Both the position numbers and the translations under genes were made by a program. Below the pieces are notes generated by a model. That model was not told the DNA's origin. It worked only from the letters and a program-made list of their open reading frames with translations, and made no database searches. Positions 27,394 to 42,691 of a DNA stretch of 64,000 bases are shown piece after piece; positions within the stretch are counted from its first letter, which is position 1; each line of letters begins with the position of its first letter. Source of the stretch: Chrysomallon squamiferum (taxonomy: Eukaryota; Animalia; Mollusca); assembly GCA_012295275.1 (NCBI GenBank), contig CM022671.1:27652001-27716000 (forward strand), in the 5' to 3' direction.

Positions 27394-29676
27394 TTATATA
27401 TCTGACATTTATCATGAAATATATTTACTTGTGTTTATCACCAGAAGCATGCTGAAGAGATTTCTTCTATCAAAAGAATTGAAACTATTTAGGTCAGACG
27501 ATATGTGCTGATAAGTATTTTATCTTTAAAGGAAACGTCTGCTCAACCATTATCCAGCAGTACTGATATCTAGAAAATATTTTCTGCAAAGAATAAACAT
27601 TTTATTTTTGTTTCGTATATTATTTTTAGTTTGTTTTAATTTTTCAAACAAATTATCTCTGACAAAAGATATATTTCTGTGAAATCAGTTACCTCTTAAA
27701 ATAAAACGGGATATATTTTACTCACTGCAGATCCAGCAATTTCAGAAGAGGGTGTATGCTGCTTTTGGGTCGGGTATCACGTTCAAGATAAAAAAAATAT
27801 GATTTAAGACGTTACCATCTTAATTCCAAAGTAATTTAAAGAAAAGAAGAAGAAGAAGAAAAATAATAAATTCTAAATAAATAAATAAGGAAAGGAAAGA
27901 AAAGAAAAGAAAATGAAAAAATTAAAAGAAAAGAAAATCTAGAATTTTGTTTTGTTCTTCCTTCTTTTATTTTATTTTTTTCATTGTTTCTTTGTTTGTT
28001 TGTCACTGTTGTGGTTTCGTTGTTGTGTAACAATGGTTTAAATCGATCATTTAATACCACGCATTTTTTAGGCGGCACCTGTCTCGTCTGTAATTTCATT
28101 TCTGTTTCTTCGGTATAAAATTAAACTCTTGGTGACTGAAATTGAGAAAACCTTTCGATTAGTAAGGGTCGACTGCAAATGCGCACGTCTGTGTTTGAAA
28201 TGAACAAACACAGCTGTCAATAAATCTGCGCTTATGTCAGTTAGCACTTAAAGTATAAACAGACGATTTGATACGTTTAATGTGAAGTCAAGGAGATCAT
28301 ATATTACACATATATATATAAAACTTTCAAAGAAAAAAGAAAGTATAAAAATGAAGGAGAGTGGAGTAAATATACACACATAGTCAAAACGACAAAAGAA
28401 AAACAAAATAGAAACGTTATGCACTATATCACTGTTACTCTTCTTATTTCGTTGTCTCTGAATGGCTGAGCAAAAAGATGTCCTGTTGAATGTTGTTGTT
28501 ATACAATTTCTTACCAAACAAGTTTGACAGTGGAACATTAAGATATGTCTGGACTGTAAATTGTTATTAGCATAATATATTTTCAAAATGACTCGGTATT
28601 TGGGTAAGTACTTCTGAACAATGATTTGTTACTGACTGATTCGTTACTATGGTAATTCTCTGATTTGTATAGCTTCAGCGAGGCCTGTCAGATAATGAGA
28701 TATATTCATCGGACAAACCTGCCATATTTAGAAATTATTTTATGACAAGTCACGTACTCGAGACATCTTCATTGTCATTTGGTCTACTTGGCGCATTAAT
28801 AATTACACACTGACTCAAAATATTATTTTGTTAGGGGAGTTTCCGTATCACTTTAATCATTAAGGCATCATCCTTATTTTTCTAGGTTTCCATATTTATT
28901 TTTTATTATTTCATTTTATTTAATTTTTCTCCTTCTCGAATATTTTATTTTTGTTCAGCTGATTTTTATCATACTTTCTTTAACATCGTGTTATTTTAAT
29001 ACAGCTCTTATCTATTCACATGTATTTAATGATGTTGCTGGGTATAAACAGTGGAACGGTACTTCTCGTTCTTTCATTCGTCCCCTTTATTTATTTCTGC
29101 ATTAGGAAATTTTTAAAGTTTATTTTTATATCAAGTGATTTTCAGTTACTAAATATTAAAACCGCAATGATGTTAAATAATTAACTTCAAAATATTATGT
29201 TACTTTCACAGAAAATCGTTTGAATTTCCTCTATGCGTTGTACTCAATGTCAAAAGGTGTATGTAATGACGTACGCTATTTGTTGTGTAGATAATGATAT
29301 ATAATGCATTATTTCCTCTCTTCCTTTGTTCTCATGTCAAAATACTGAATTAATTTACGTTTTTCACTCGTCCATATACATGAAAAAAAATAGTAAATTT
29401 CTTAAATGACCGAGGAAGACAGAAGATCTCGTTGTGTTCAGGGATGTGTGACGTATACGTCGTAATATTGCCTTGGGTCAGTTAAGATCACGGGTCGAAC
29501 TGATTACTGTTATGTGGATCCAAGTCAGGGAAGGACAAATAGGACAAACAATGAAACATATCCAAGCGAAGAAAAAGATGAAAATAAACGTTCACTCTCA
29601 TAAAGAACAAACCAAACAAAGCAGTTGTATATAGAATTGGGGGACAACAAATAAAAAGAGTTATTTAAAAAAAAAG

Positions 29677-29724
<48 letters not shown>

Positions 29725-32700
29725 GAAACAAAGAAAATAAAGAAAGAGAAAACGAAACAAGCAAACAAAACAAATTAAACAAGAACATACAATGTTTGTG
29801 AAATTTAAAAAATGCGAACGCTGTATACCTCTCTAACATTGTTTATTAAAAGACAACAAATACGGTAAATAGTTCGTGATTCGGAGTTTCCTCTTACATA
29901 CCTTAATGAGTGAAAAAAAGGTAGAAAAATAATAAATGAATAAATAAATAAATAACAAACTGCACCTTATTAAATTTGAAATGAAAACAGATCCGTTTTT
30001 TATGTATTTTTAATATTCATCCATCAGTTTTATACATCCATCGATTTTACAAAATTTTAATTATATTTCGTCGTTTTTGCTTTACCATCCCCTCAGTAAC
30101 CTGTAATTAGACAACAGTACAGAGGTATTTTGCAATAAATATTTCATTCTTTCCAACTGCTTTCCGTTTTTCAGAAAGGATCTTTTTAGATGTTTGTTTT
30201 GATTGTTTTGCGGCCAAGGATGCTAGAACGTATATATTGTTTTGGTGATGTTTATGTCAGTTCAGTAGTCCTCGGAATTTCTCAATAAACAAAAAGAAAA
30301 AGGAAACTCAAATAATGTTTGCAAAATGTCGTCTGCTAATGTGAATTGGTTCAGCTTATTTGTTTTTCGCAACCTCGGAGGGTGTATTCACTATTTGTTA
30401 CTTCTTAAATCCAGTGAAACCGTTGTTAGTTTCATTTGCTCATGATTGTTTTTTAGTCATTATTTAATTAGTTATACCTCTGCAGCTTGAACTGATGACA
30501 GATTCAAAACATCGCAGTTTAGGCTGATTTCAGAATGTTGTAAATACGAGTTCACTTTACATTTTTAAACTTTTGTAATTGTGACGTTAAGTCGTCTGCT
30601 CGACGGCGACAAATATTGAATGAGCTTTATACAAACAAACAGCTCTCCACAATCAAACAGACCGGTCTGGAGTGAGCCGAACAGTTGCCACCAAACTGTC
30701 AAGATGAATACTCTATTTAGTGAGTGCAAAAAAACACAAAAAAACAACATTATCAAATGCTGTGAGGAAATAATGTTGTCATGTTATCAAAATAGACATT
30801 CTGTTCAGCAGGCCTAAATGTTACGCCGCCTGTCATCAAATGCTCTGACGAGCTGTTTTTTTTTTATTATCAAGGATGAATTTTCTTCTGTGTGAACTCA
30901 GAGAAACGTTGTCAAATGTCAAGATGAACTACTGACATCAAATCGTCAGGAAAAACGTTCTAATTAGGAAAAATGCTGAGCTATGTTAGTAGACGCTCTG
31001 TCGCAGAATTACCGTCAATCTGTCAAGACGAATGCTCTACATACTGTCTGCGTAATAAAATATTATCCAGTGCGCTTATTATGCTCCTCAGATTGCCAGT
31101 ACGAATGTTCTACATAATGTGTGCAATGCAATATATCTCTGATGAAGTACTGCCGTGAAACCCATTGCTGCGTTAGAGCGTGTAAAATAATATCTTATTA
31201 AATTCTCTGAACCTTAGACGTTTGATTATTCATTTCAGTGAGTATTCACTGATTGTATGCAATTATAACTGTTTGTGAAGTGTTAAGATGAAAGGGTTTT
31301 GGAAGATGAGTTACTGTAACGTTCTGTTACTTTTCTAATAAAATTTGTGAAGATATTCCAAAGCGGTATCAGTTGGAAACCTCAGTACACCAGTGCTGAT
31401 TTTTTGTTTTTCTTTCTGTACAGCTGTTTATTAAACAATGTTGTGTGCAGCCCGTTAAAATACTTTCATTCTTTTATCAATTCTTTGTTTCTTTTCTTTA
31501 TTCTTACCCATTCCAAATATCTTAAGAAGTCAGAAACGAGCCGGCAGCTGCCGCCATATTTGAATGGAAAATATGAAAAAAAAAAAATTATGCAGCTTTG
31601 TATTTTCCGGCATAGATATATTTGAACATCTGTACCAGATAAACGAATTTTCCTCGGCTGTTACCGTAACAAAAAAAAAGAAGTGATGATGTATAACCCA
31701 GATGGCGAAAGAAAGCATCCTAACATTGGATAGAATTTCTGTTTCTGGAAAAAAAGACCGAATTTTGAAGTTAACATCTGTCACCGCGCAACACATGTGA
31801 GTTGGTGTTATGCTAGAAGGATTTCTGTCTGCGAACCGGGAATCGTGCGAGACAAGAATATTTTCCCTAGAATTACAAGCTGGATATAGCATTGCGTCAG
31901 CGGTCTAAGAGTGCGTTTAATTTAGCCAAAGATAAACTGAGAGCCTTGGGGACGTAAAGTTCGGAAATTTTAAAATATTTAGTTTAACATATATTTAAAA
32001 AAATAAAAATAAATAAATAAATAATAAAAATTTAAAATATAATAATAATAATAATAATAATTAATGGTTCAAGCTACGGCACGGTTAAATATTTTGTTTT
32101 CAGCTGTTACCATATCTGTTACGATTTTCTACAGTCTTTTTTATTTCTCTGGTTTCTTCTGTCTCTTTTTATCTTTCAGTCTTACACATTCTTTCTTCCT
32201 CCGATGCTTTCTTCTCCTGTTTCCCTTTTTATTCATTAATGACAACAATAAATAACGTTTCTAGTTATTGTTTGCTTAGACAATAATACCCTATTCTATC
32301 CCATGCAACGCATAAAACAAAACGTTGAGACTGAACTAACGTCAAGGAACGCGAAACACGAAAGACAGAATCTCCACGAACTGCAGTTGTTTAGCAAGCT
32401 TTACAATCTATTTGCTCTGCTCGTGTTACACGATTGATTGATGAGAATGTGGTTATGTTCTGAACACCTAATTTGCTGGAAGTTTCTCTCTGACAGACAG
32501 TGTAACACTGCATGTTTGACGTGGTCTGTCTGGGCAAGATACAGCGAGGCGAAACATCACGACTTTGATTGAGCGTCTGTACAAAGCTAGGTCATTTCAG
32601 GACAGCTTGAACTTTTTTTTATCTTTTTTTTTTATCTCTTACATCACTGTAGGTCACAGTTAGCACCTTTATCTTGTCACTCTCTGTCAGGAAAAAAATC

Positions 32701-33946
32701 TCAGAGAAGATCTAAAGACAAGAAAATTGGTGACCGTAATGGTGCATGCAAATTTACAGAAAAAAAAAATATACACAAGCACGTTTGCTTTCGGTACATG
32801 ACCCAGTTACAAAATGATTATCTGATAATAATACATCAATTTTAAGCAGCTGGAGATTTCGCATAAATCGTCCTCTTTTATTTGAACTAAACAGCAGAAT
32901 GATTTTAACACTTATAATATACACACACACGTATTCTCTTTATTTATCTTCCCCCTCTCTGTCTACACCCCCCACACATACAAAAATATGCTTGCATGTT
33001 TTCTGTTTCCTCTCTCTCTCTCTCTCCGTGTTTGTAGATGATGAAGTATCACGCATACATAAGCAAAAACACAAACACACATATACACATTTATTTATAT
33101 TTATTTGTGAGTGTTTCACTTCTCTACCTCATTTCCTCGAACCAATCTCCATTAATTTTTCCCACTCTGCCATTTATTTACAATAAATCCAGCTCCGTGA
33201 ATACGTGAATGTTACGTTTCCCCTCTTCCTCTTGCCATATCATCCCTCTTTCATTTTAAAAACTTTCATTACTTATTCCCATGTCACTACCACTGTCACT
33301 CGCAGCATTATGATTGTCTTGCCTCCATCACAAGTCATTCATTAGACTCACGTGAGTCCGTGAACTCCAGCTGAGCAGGAAACGCTTTATAAACGATACA
33401 GATATTTATGAATCCTTCAACATGAACCTGGCGAACCCTAGAATCAGACACAAAAGATAAAGTTTATATTACCTTTCAGCGTAGCAGGAAACATTTGCCC
33501 TGTTAACTTTTTAAGATAAAATATTATTTTAAAAGAAAATTTTTGATGTTGTTGGTTTTTTTTAAAAATTTAGATCAGTGATAGATAATACACTGTTTTT
33601 TCTAAGAAGAAACGGTTTGCTAGGTCGATTCCGCGCAGCTCAGTTATTGACTTTTTAAGTTCAAACCAGAGTATTGTAACTGACATAATAATAGGTCCTA
33701 TTTTAAATCAATATTTATAGCATATTTCCACGTTCTGTAGATAATTATGTTTATATTTATTATGTATGTTTATCTAGATTGGAGAATGTATTTTTTTTTT
33801 TTTTTATAAACTAATTTTTAAAACTCAGTTAAATACACTGGATACAGTTTGCTGAATATTATCTTTATAACAAGAAATTTAGAAATTTAGACCTTTTTTT
33901 CTTTAAATTATTAGAATTTTAGTTATGCTGGATTTATTTTTTGAAT

Positions 33947-33948
<2 letters not shown>

Positions 33949-34012
<64 letters not shown>
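33949..34012 (+). repeat. (CT)n microsatellite
   Basis: Direct reading. Confidence 0.99.
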
Positions 34013-34014
<2 letters not shown>

Positions 34015-35363
34015 GATTCAATAGATATTTCTTTAAATATATTTTGAATCTAACTTACTCTAAACTTGTTTTGTTGTATTTAAATGATATATAAAACCTG
34101 AATTTGCTTTTTCTCGGGTCATCTCGATATAACTGTTTTCCCATCTGTGATAACATAAATAAGCAAGGCAGAAGAGCCGTTAACATTACAAATATCAGAT
34201 ATCTCGCAGTGCCAGTCCACCGTGAATGCAGCATTCTGAATCTACTAAGTAACACGAAACACATGTCACGCACTCCAACGCAAATTGTTATTGTTTTACC
34301 AAAAACCAAAAAAACAATATTGCTTAAATCATTATGGACCAATTAACGCTTATGGACATATGTTGTCAGTGTTTTTAAAACAAATATTATGTGTTCTGGG
34401 TAGATGTTATAAATGTTTCTGAAACTGATTTCAGTGTCATTCGCTATTCAGTCTTTATCACGTAATTTTACTGACCCATGATTAAATTTCCTTTTTTGGC
34501 AAAACAAAACGAAATAAACAAACCAACAAAAAATAAATAAAAAATAAAAAAATAAACAATCCTAAAAACAGTCACAGAAATTAAGTTTTATATTAAGTAT
34601 TTATTTTATTCAAAATCTGAAATAAAATCTAGGTAAAAAAAAAAAATGAAAAAAAAATGACAGTATTAGAAAAATGAAGCAGTTTTAATAAACGACATTA
34701 GAACTTAGGTTTTAGAATCAGTGTTGTCTTTTGCCTTTTCTAAGTTTAGAAAAAAAAAAAAATAAAAATGTAAATATCTACATAAATTAAGATACATATT
34801 TCATTCAATTTTCTTTCATCCTCGGAGGAACCATTCACCAGTTTAAGAAGCACTGGATTCATTTATCTCAGATTACTACACATAATAATAAAATCCTTTA
34901 TGGTTTAAGTATGTATGCTCTGGACACGACATCTGATCTCATCAGACAGTTCTGTACAAGACAGTGTAGAATAGTTAATTTCTTTTGCTTGAGAAACAAA
35001 CGCTGATTAAATCAGACGTCCGCAAATAATGACATGCGAAGCAACACTAATTAATAAATAAATATTTATCATTACGAGGTTACGTTGTGTAATTAATGCA
35101 ATTTCAATACCTGATGGTATCTAACTGAACTGATATGCTGACATTTTTTATTATAAGTTCATAAAATATGACTAAATAATTTTACATCCTTGTTATCTCT
35201 TTTTAACTGAGATATTATTATGTATGAGGCAGAAGGTTACAATAAATGCTTAAATAATTACTATCATTCACGTATATTATACGACATTCAATAAAACAGA
35301 TATCGTCTTTGATAAACCAGTTCGGGTGAAACGGGAAAAAGCCGAATTGGAGGATTGTGACCG

Positions 35364-35432
35364 ACCATGGATTGATCATGTGACCTATCATGGATTGATC
35401 ATGTGACCTACCATGGATTGATCACGTGACCT
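35364..35432. repeat. 23-bp tandem repeat x3 (accatggattgatcaYgtgacct)
   Basis: Three near-identical head-to-tail units without spacers; each contains TCAYGTGA. Confidence 0.95.
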
Positions 35433-36441
35433 AACATGTCCCAAGTGAACGTTCATTTCTCAAAAGAGATACTGACTTGAAAGAATGCATGAGGTCATGT
35501 TATGACAAAGGTGTTGCACTAATGCCAACAAGAATGCTGCAAGTGAGTCAATAACTGTGGGCTGGTTTCATAAAGAGATCGATTTTCTTGGAATAGTCCA
35601 AGCTTAGTTTTAATGCTAAGATGACAGATATCTGCTTCATTAGATAAAATAATGTAACATTCTTCGGAAAGAAAATATATTTAGATGACAGTAAAGCCTG
35701 AAATTGTAATCAGTCAGTCATTCGGTCAGTCGGTCACTTGTGAAAAGAAATACGTAACTTTTCATATAACAGTCTGTCTGTTCTTTCTTTCCTGAATCCA
35801 TTTATCTTTTCTTTCGTATGTCTGACATTCTAAGTCCGATAGTCCGAAGAAAAGAGTTAAAACTGAGTATGAGAAAGAAAGAAGAAATAGAGGCACAAAA
35901 AGAGAGAGATGTGTGTCTGTGTGAGACAGAGTGTGTGTTTGTGTGTGTGAGTGTGTATTCTGTGTTTGCGGGTCTCTATGCGAGTTTTATTGATCATTTT
36001 CTTTAAGAATATTTATTGAAACAGCTATTCAATAATATGAGGTGAAAATATCTACTTAATATGTCATAAAATATTTACACCATAAGGAAATCCGTTTTTG
36101 GCTCAATAAATATTTCAACGGTTTATACATTTCTAAGTGATCAGACATTGATCTAAGAGTAAACTAGCGGACAAGAATGTCTCACTTTGTGTTTTCAGTG
36201 TTAATTTTACGAGCATGAATTGACAGCAATGTATACTAAGATATATGACCTTGCTTCTAGGACTGACCACTTGAATCTCTAAACTTAAGGATTAGGCGAC
36301 CACCCACTGTCTACCGCAACAAAACAGCCAGCAGATTTAAATTAAAACTGTTATGTCTTGTCGTATCTTCTGCTCCACTGCATGAGCTGTATTCTGTGAT
36401 CTTCAATGAATGTCAAATATTTTACATGCTTCACAGACGCT

Positions 36442-36448
<7 letters not shown>

Positions 36449-36522
<74 letters not shown>

Positions 36523-36556
36523 CTGCCTCTCTCTCTCTCTCGCTGCCTCTCTCTCT
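36449..36556 (+). repeat. (CT)n microsatellite, interrupted
   Basis: Direct reading. Confidence 0.99.
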
Positions 36557-38821
36557 ATGTATATATATAGATAAACAGACAGACACACACACAGATATAT
36601 ATAGTTATACACTCATATACACATATACAGAGAGAAACACACTCACAGATACAAATGTAAATATGATTATGCAGATACATATATACATACATACACACAA
36701 ACCCACACCATAAACATATGCACGAATGTGTGTGTGCATGCGTGTTTATAAATGATTATTATGAAATTATTAGATCTGAAAAAATTGCCAGACACTTTTG
36801 TACTTGTTGCACCAGTTCTCTCTCTATATATAGACACACACAACACACACACAGATATATTTACATATATATATATACTCACACACACACACATACTCAC
36901 ACGTTATTAATTTTTTAAGAGATACATAGATAGATAAAACTGTGTGTACGTACGTACACACACACACACACACACAAAATGTGAATTATATATTACTCAC
37001 TATAGAGTCACTGAAATGTCAATATGCCCTTTCACAATGAAATCAGCATTACGATTTAGCTGACTCGACACAACCGGCAGCTACAAACACGTCATAGACT
37101 TAGAAATGTCTACAATCGATTAAACGACGGCCATATCAGTTTCGTTTCCTAGGAAACATGGGTGCCGTCTGCTTCATTCAGTCTGTGTAGTAATACCTTA
37201 TGTCCTTCTGCAAACAGTACAGACTATTAAATTACGATATGACTCAAAATCAGCAAAGTGAATTATCGACTTGGGAATCTCAACCTCTATTATCGTTATG
37301 ACTGCATATTACATAATTTATCTTAAACAAATACCGTTACTGAATATATCCCTATTGCTGATGTATAAATTTGTAGCAGTTACAGAGTTTTGAAACTGAG
37401 TACAAAATATGGTTGTGAAACACTGATAAAAGTCCTGACTGCATCCACTAAGTAGCGATTAGTAAATAGTTTTATTGCTTAATATTCAGTTAAATTTTTT
37501 TACAAGTTCCACTGCACTTATTTCAGAAATGAGAAGCGTCATTACTGTGTTGGATATAAGTTACAAAATCGTCAGCAACAACTGTTATTATTAATAGTAA
37601 TATTAATACTGATATTCGCCATAATATTACAACAAAAGGCAGCTTTTGTTTGTTTTGGGGTTTTTGTTTTTTGACACAGTAACTAAGAAAATAAAATTAT
37701 ATTTTGGATGCAGAACTAATTTTCGAAAATAACCAAAACTAATCGTCATTTTACCTGAGTTGGTACATATCAGCCAGACTTTATAAAATCCGTAACAAAG
37801 AAATTACGCCAGAAATTGTATTAAAATAACATTTAATATAATTTATGATGACACTTCAGATGAAAGAGAAAAATCGGTTATATAAAAAGCAGACGATAAC
37901 TTTAGATGACATCTTCTTGTGACAGATAATAAATAATATGTTACGTCACGACTGATTTTTTTTTTTTTACTTAGTAACACTTGGTGACTTGGCCACGCCT
38001 GTTACGTCATTTCCAGAACATTATCACTTCCAGACAATAAAATAATCTGTGAAGACCGAAAAGTACCAGCGAGCTAGAAAAAGAAGAAGAAGAAAAAAGT
38101 ATATTGGTTGATCAGTCGATCACTGAAAACCATATGCTTGAACTGAACTGGTTAATTTCTTGTTGTTTAGTTATATTATTTATTATATTTGTTTATTTTT
38201 GTTTTAGTTTGTGTGTTGTTGTTGCTGAAATGGGGATGCAACTGTGAGCGTCTCAAGTAAATAAATCGTATTACATATATAACACAGTACTTCATTCAAA
38301 ATTCAAACTAATTATCAGTGGTTTTTAATAGGTTTTTAATAGGTTGGGGGCCTTTTGGTTTACAAGAATTTATTTAATTTATTTCATTTATTTATTTATT
38401 ATTTATATTTATTTATTTATTTATCTAATGTTTGACACAATGATCAATCTGTTTCAGACTTGCTGTAGCTATATATCATCGATTATACCTAATGCTGTTA
38501 GCTAATGTATTATTTATTTATTTATTTATTTATTTTTTATTTATTCTTGCTAGCTTAATTTATTCTTCGTTATTTTATAAATTATTTATGTCTTTTTTTT
38601 TTTCTGTCTTATTCGTCTGGACTTTTTTTGGGGGGTGTTATTTGTTTGCTGTTGTTTTTTTGTTGTTCTTTCTTTTTTTTTTTTTTTTTTTTTTTTTAAT
38701 TCTATTTTTCAAGTATTGTTGTCACAAACATGTCGTGTCTAAACGTTACATGAGATAATGTAATTATTTCTTACGTTTGAATCATGCTGTTTTATAGTCT
38801 AGATTTAACGCCGATTACAGC

Positions 38822-38879
<58 letters not shown>

Positions 38880-39736
38880 AATAAATAAATAAATAAAATA
38901 ATAATAATAATAAAAATAAAAGGTATCCATTCTTGGCTTTCTTCAGCCTTTTAAACCTTTTAAAACGAACTCTATGCAGTGTTTCATTATCATCTGTCTG
39001 TCTGTGTGACTGTGTATTTATCTATCCACCCAGCGATAGATCTTGCCCAACCGTCTTTTTATGTCTGTCTCTCTCCCTATTCGACTCTTCTTTCCTTTTT
39101 CCCCATCTTAAGCTAAATCTACGTCCATTACCCGACCAAGACGGATGTTACTAGGTTTTTCTACCAATATTTTCTTTAATCATCAGTGTACATTGTTTTC
39201 TTTAGATCAGCTAGACCCGAGTGTGTCTCGTACAACACGGTTTTCAGTCACGTGATACGAAGAATAGTTTGACTTGTTTAAATTCACACGACCCATTTAG
39301 AGAACACGGTAATCTATTCAGTGTATGTTTAATACATTAAACGTCAAAAAAAAAAAACGGTCATCTCCTCTCTTGTGTACGACATAAAAATTTCATTGAT
39401 ATAATTATTCATCCAGAACATTCGTTGAGTTATCTATTCTAGAGGGCTGGTAACACCTGTGTCTGCATGTGTTATACAAAAAAAATTATGTATTACCTGA
39501 CACGTTTGACAATAAACAGGAAAATATCTGATAAAATATGAGGCCATCTTTTTTTTTTTTTTTTTTTTTTTTTGGGGGTGGGTGTTAAGTTTTGGTTTAA
39601 AACATTTATATTTTTAACGTCTCATTAATTTTTGGTGAAACTGTTTTCGTTTATTTTATTTAGCAGCTGCACACGACCATGGCGTTTGTCTTTATATATC
39701 TTTTTTCTGTATGTATGTAAATATATGTACGGACAC

Positions 39737-39784
<48 letters not shown>

Positions 39785-41409
39785 AACTGTGTGTACAGGT
39801 TCGGATGTGTATGTGCATCTATGCATGTGAATATGTATATGTGTATAGATAGATAGACACATACACAGGTAGATAGATATTTGTAATGTATATGTGAACA
39901 CGGTATGCAGCTTACATGACCTATAGAGTCAATCTACAGGAAATTACTTTGTGCTTTTTGAAATTTGAGATACTAAATAATTTATGAATTTCCTTGAACT
40001 CAGAATAACAATGAGGTGAATGCTTTTCTGGCGTTGTGAAAACTTTAGCTGTTGCCCTATTTCGTATTAGTATTATTTTACTATTACTATTACTGTTACT
40101 GTTACTTTTACTATTGTTATTATTATTATCTTATTCTAACATATTATGGTCTAGAATCAGTTGTAAATATACAAATTGTTCTGTTCAAAAAAAGTACTAA
40201 CCATTTTATGTATATGTGTTTATGTGTGTGTGAATGTGTACATAGGCCTAATTTCTGTTTATATAAAAATTTTGGTAGGCAAATATACCAGAACAATAAC
40301 AACAATAATAATAATTAAAAAAATAAAATTTAAAACAAAAAATGTAGAGAAATAAATCAAACTGTCTGAAATAAAACGTTTGCTTTTTTACCTTCATGAA
40401 AGATTTATTAAAACAGGGGGTTGTTGTTGTTTTTCTTGTATTTAAAGAACCGCTATAGAATTACAGAAATAACAACTGTTTTTGTAGAAAGGTGACAAAA
40501 TAAACTTCAGTGCAGTAAATCTCTATCTTATATACTGGTCTCAAAAAAAAAAAAAAAAAAAAAGAAGATGACAATGATGATGATGATGATGATGAAGATA
40601 AAAAATAATAATAATAAATGAAAATAAATATATATAGTACATGAATCCATGGGTGAGGTTTGTACTTGAGCACTGGTCGTCTTTGTGGGATATTTGTACC
40701 CATTGACGGTATTTCACGAGTACCTACTTGTATTATACACAAACCAGACATTCCTTGCATAGTGAACAAACACATGGATTAACCAAACACTTTCTTCATA
40801 ATGTGTTGTCAAATCTCCACAGAGCCAACGACCTGCCCATGTTTCTTTTTATTCTGCACTACACTACACGACAAACATTAACTACCCAATTCACATTCAT
40901 AATTCAAACCACGTCTAACTTTCATAATACTTTTCGTTATGTCTGAAACTGTTCATGTTTATGTTTTCTGTTTCGGCGAAAGATTCTGTCAGTGTAAGAA
41001 CAAACACAGCACACGTGTGTTGTCGTAAATTAGTTTATTAAGTGAAGGAAAAGTTTTATCGATTTTATTGCTCATATGTCACGTCTGGAGATAAATCACG
41101 TATTTAGGTCAGATGATCACGTGACTGCCTTTAGGAAGTTCCAAGTTACTATTTTTATGGAATGTAAACTGCTGGTAATTAGTGTATCTATTACAAGTTT
41201 TAACTAAGTAATTTATAAATTTGTTTATTCAAAATTGAGTTGTTGTTTGTTTGTTGTTGTTTTTGTTTAGTTTTGGTCTCTTGTTGTGGTGTGATACATA
41301 ATGATGCTGTTATTTGAGTTTGTGCTACATTTTCTGTATTCAATAATATTATTTTGTCGACAGTAGGAAATAATAAAATATCATAATTTGATTTGTTAAT
41401 TTAGTTAAT

Positions 41410-41444
<35 letters not shown>

Positions 41445-41503
41445 TTATATAAGAACATTCTAAATCTGAATTAAATTTATACGGATATACAACGTAAAAA
41501 AAA

Positions 41504-41536
<33 letters not shown>

Positions 41537-41611
41537 AAATGGGTGATTATAAATATTTTTATTTATTTATAAAACCAGAAACAGCTATAAAAAAGTCACT
41601 TGAAACTGTTT

Positions 41612-41690
<79 letters not shown>

Positions 41691-41972
41691 CCATTCTTAT
41701 TTTTACATCCAAGGTCACCTTAGATTACTGTAGAAATTATTGTTACCAGAAGTCGTATGTGTTCGTACACGTCTGAATATAATGGCACGACGCATTAGCT
41801 AAACTCACTGGTATTGGAAATCTATACGTACAGCTATTACCTGTCGATTAATAGTCGATTTGTTGTAATTATACATCCTGCTGTGTTAGAATGTTTATAA
41901 TTTATTTCCTCTCAGTTCTTTCGCCTCTTACAAGTGATTTATTTCTTATTTACTTTCTTATTAGGATCGGTT

Positions 41973-42007
<35 letters not shown>

Positions 42008-42087
42008 TGTTATGTTATGTTATTTATTTAATATTTGCTGCATTCGGATTTGTTTCAAAATAGGAGGTATAAATTCAAAGGTAACGA

Positions 42088-42249
42088 CATACATACCTAT
42101 GCAAATGCATACATACATACACACATACTTACGTACACACATATATAGATATACACACACATACATACATACATACATACATACATACATGCAAACATAC
42201 ATACATACATACATACATAGATATACATACACAAATATATACGAACATA

Positions 42250-42299
<50 letters not shown>

Positions 42300-42370
42300 C
42301 ATATACACATATACAGAAAAATACATATTCATAACACACACACACACACACACCATCGTATATATATATA
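42088..42370 (+). repeat. (TACA)n/(CA)n compound microsatellite
   Basis: Direct reading. Confidence 0.95.
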
Positions 42371-42691
42371 AATCGCAAGGCTTTTAACAAAGCAGACTTC
42401 AGTTACTGGTTGGAACGGGAAATCTGTTCTCCTTCATGACGTAACATGCAGCTAACTGTATGACAGAAATTAACGCTGGAATAAAATAAAGAAAAAGAAA
42501 TTTCTGCCGGAGGCTTTCGCGATGTCCTGAAGTCATGTCACTTCTTATTAGCATCATGTCTGATTAAATAACGTCATGTAAGACGGCAACACTTACTACA
42601 CAAATGACAGGCACTGGTCTGTTTATATCCAGATTAATGATTCAAACTTTTGCCATGAGCAAGTGCTTGCTGTGATGTAGTCATGACGTAC

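Noticed and set aside
35364-35432. CRISPR-like direct repeats
   Set aside because: Units are head-to-tail with no spacers, there are no cas genes, and the context is a eukaryotic intron.
41158-41180. miR-1-like TGGAATGTAAA (and miR-34-like TGGCAGTGT at about 47550)
   Set aside because: Only the first 9-11 nt match; the 3' halves diverge and no precursor stem is evident.
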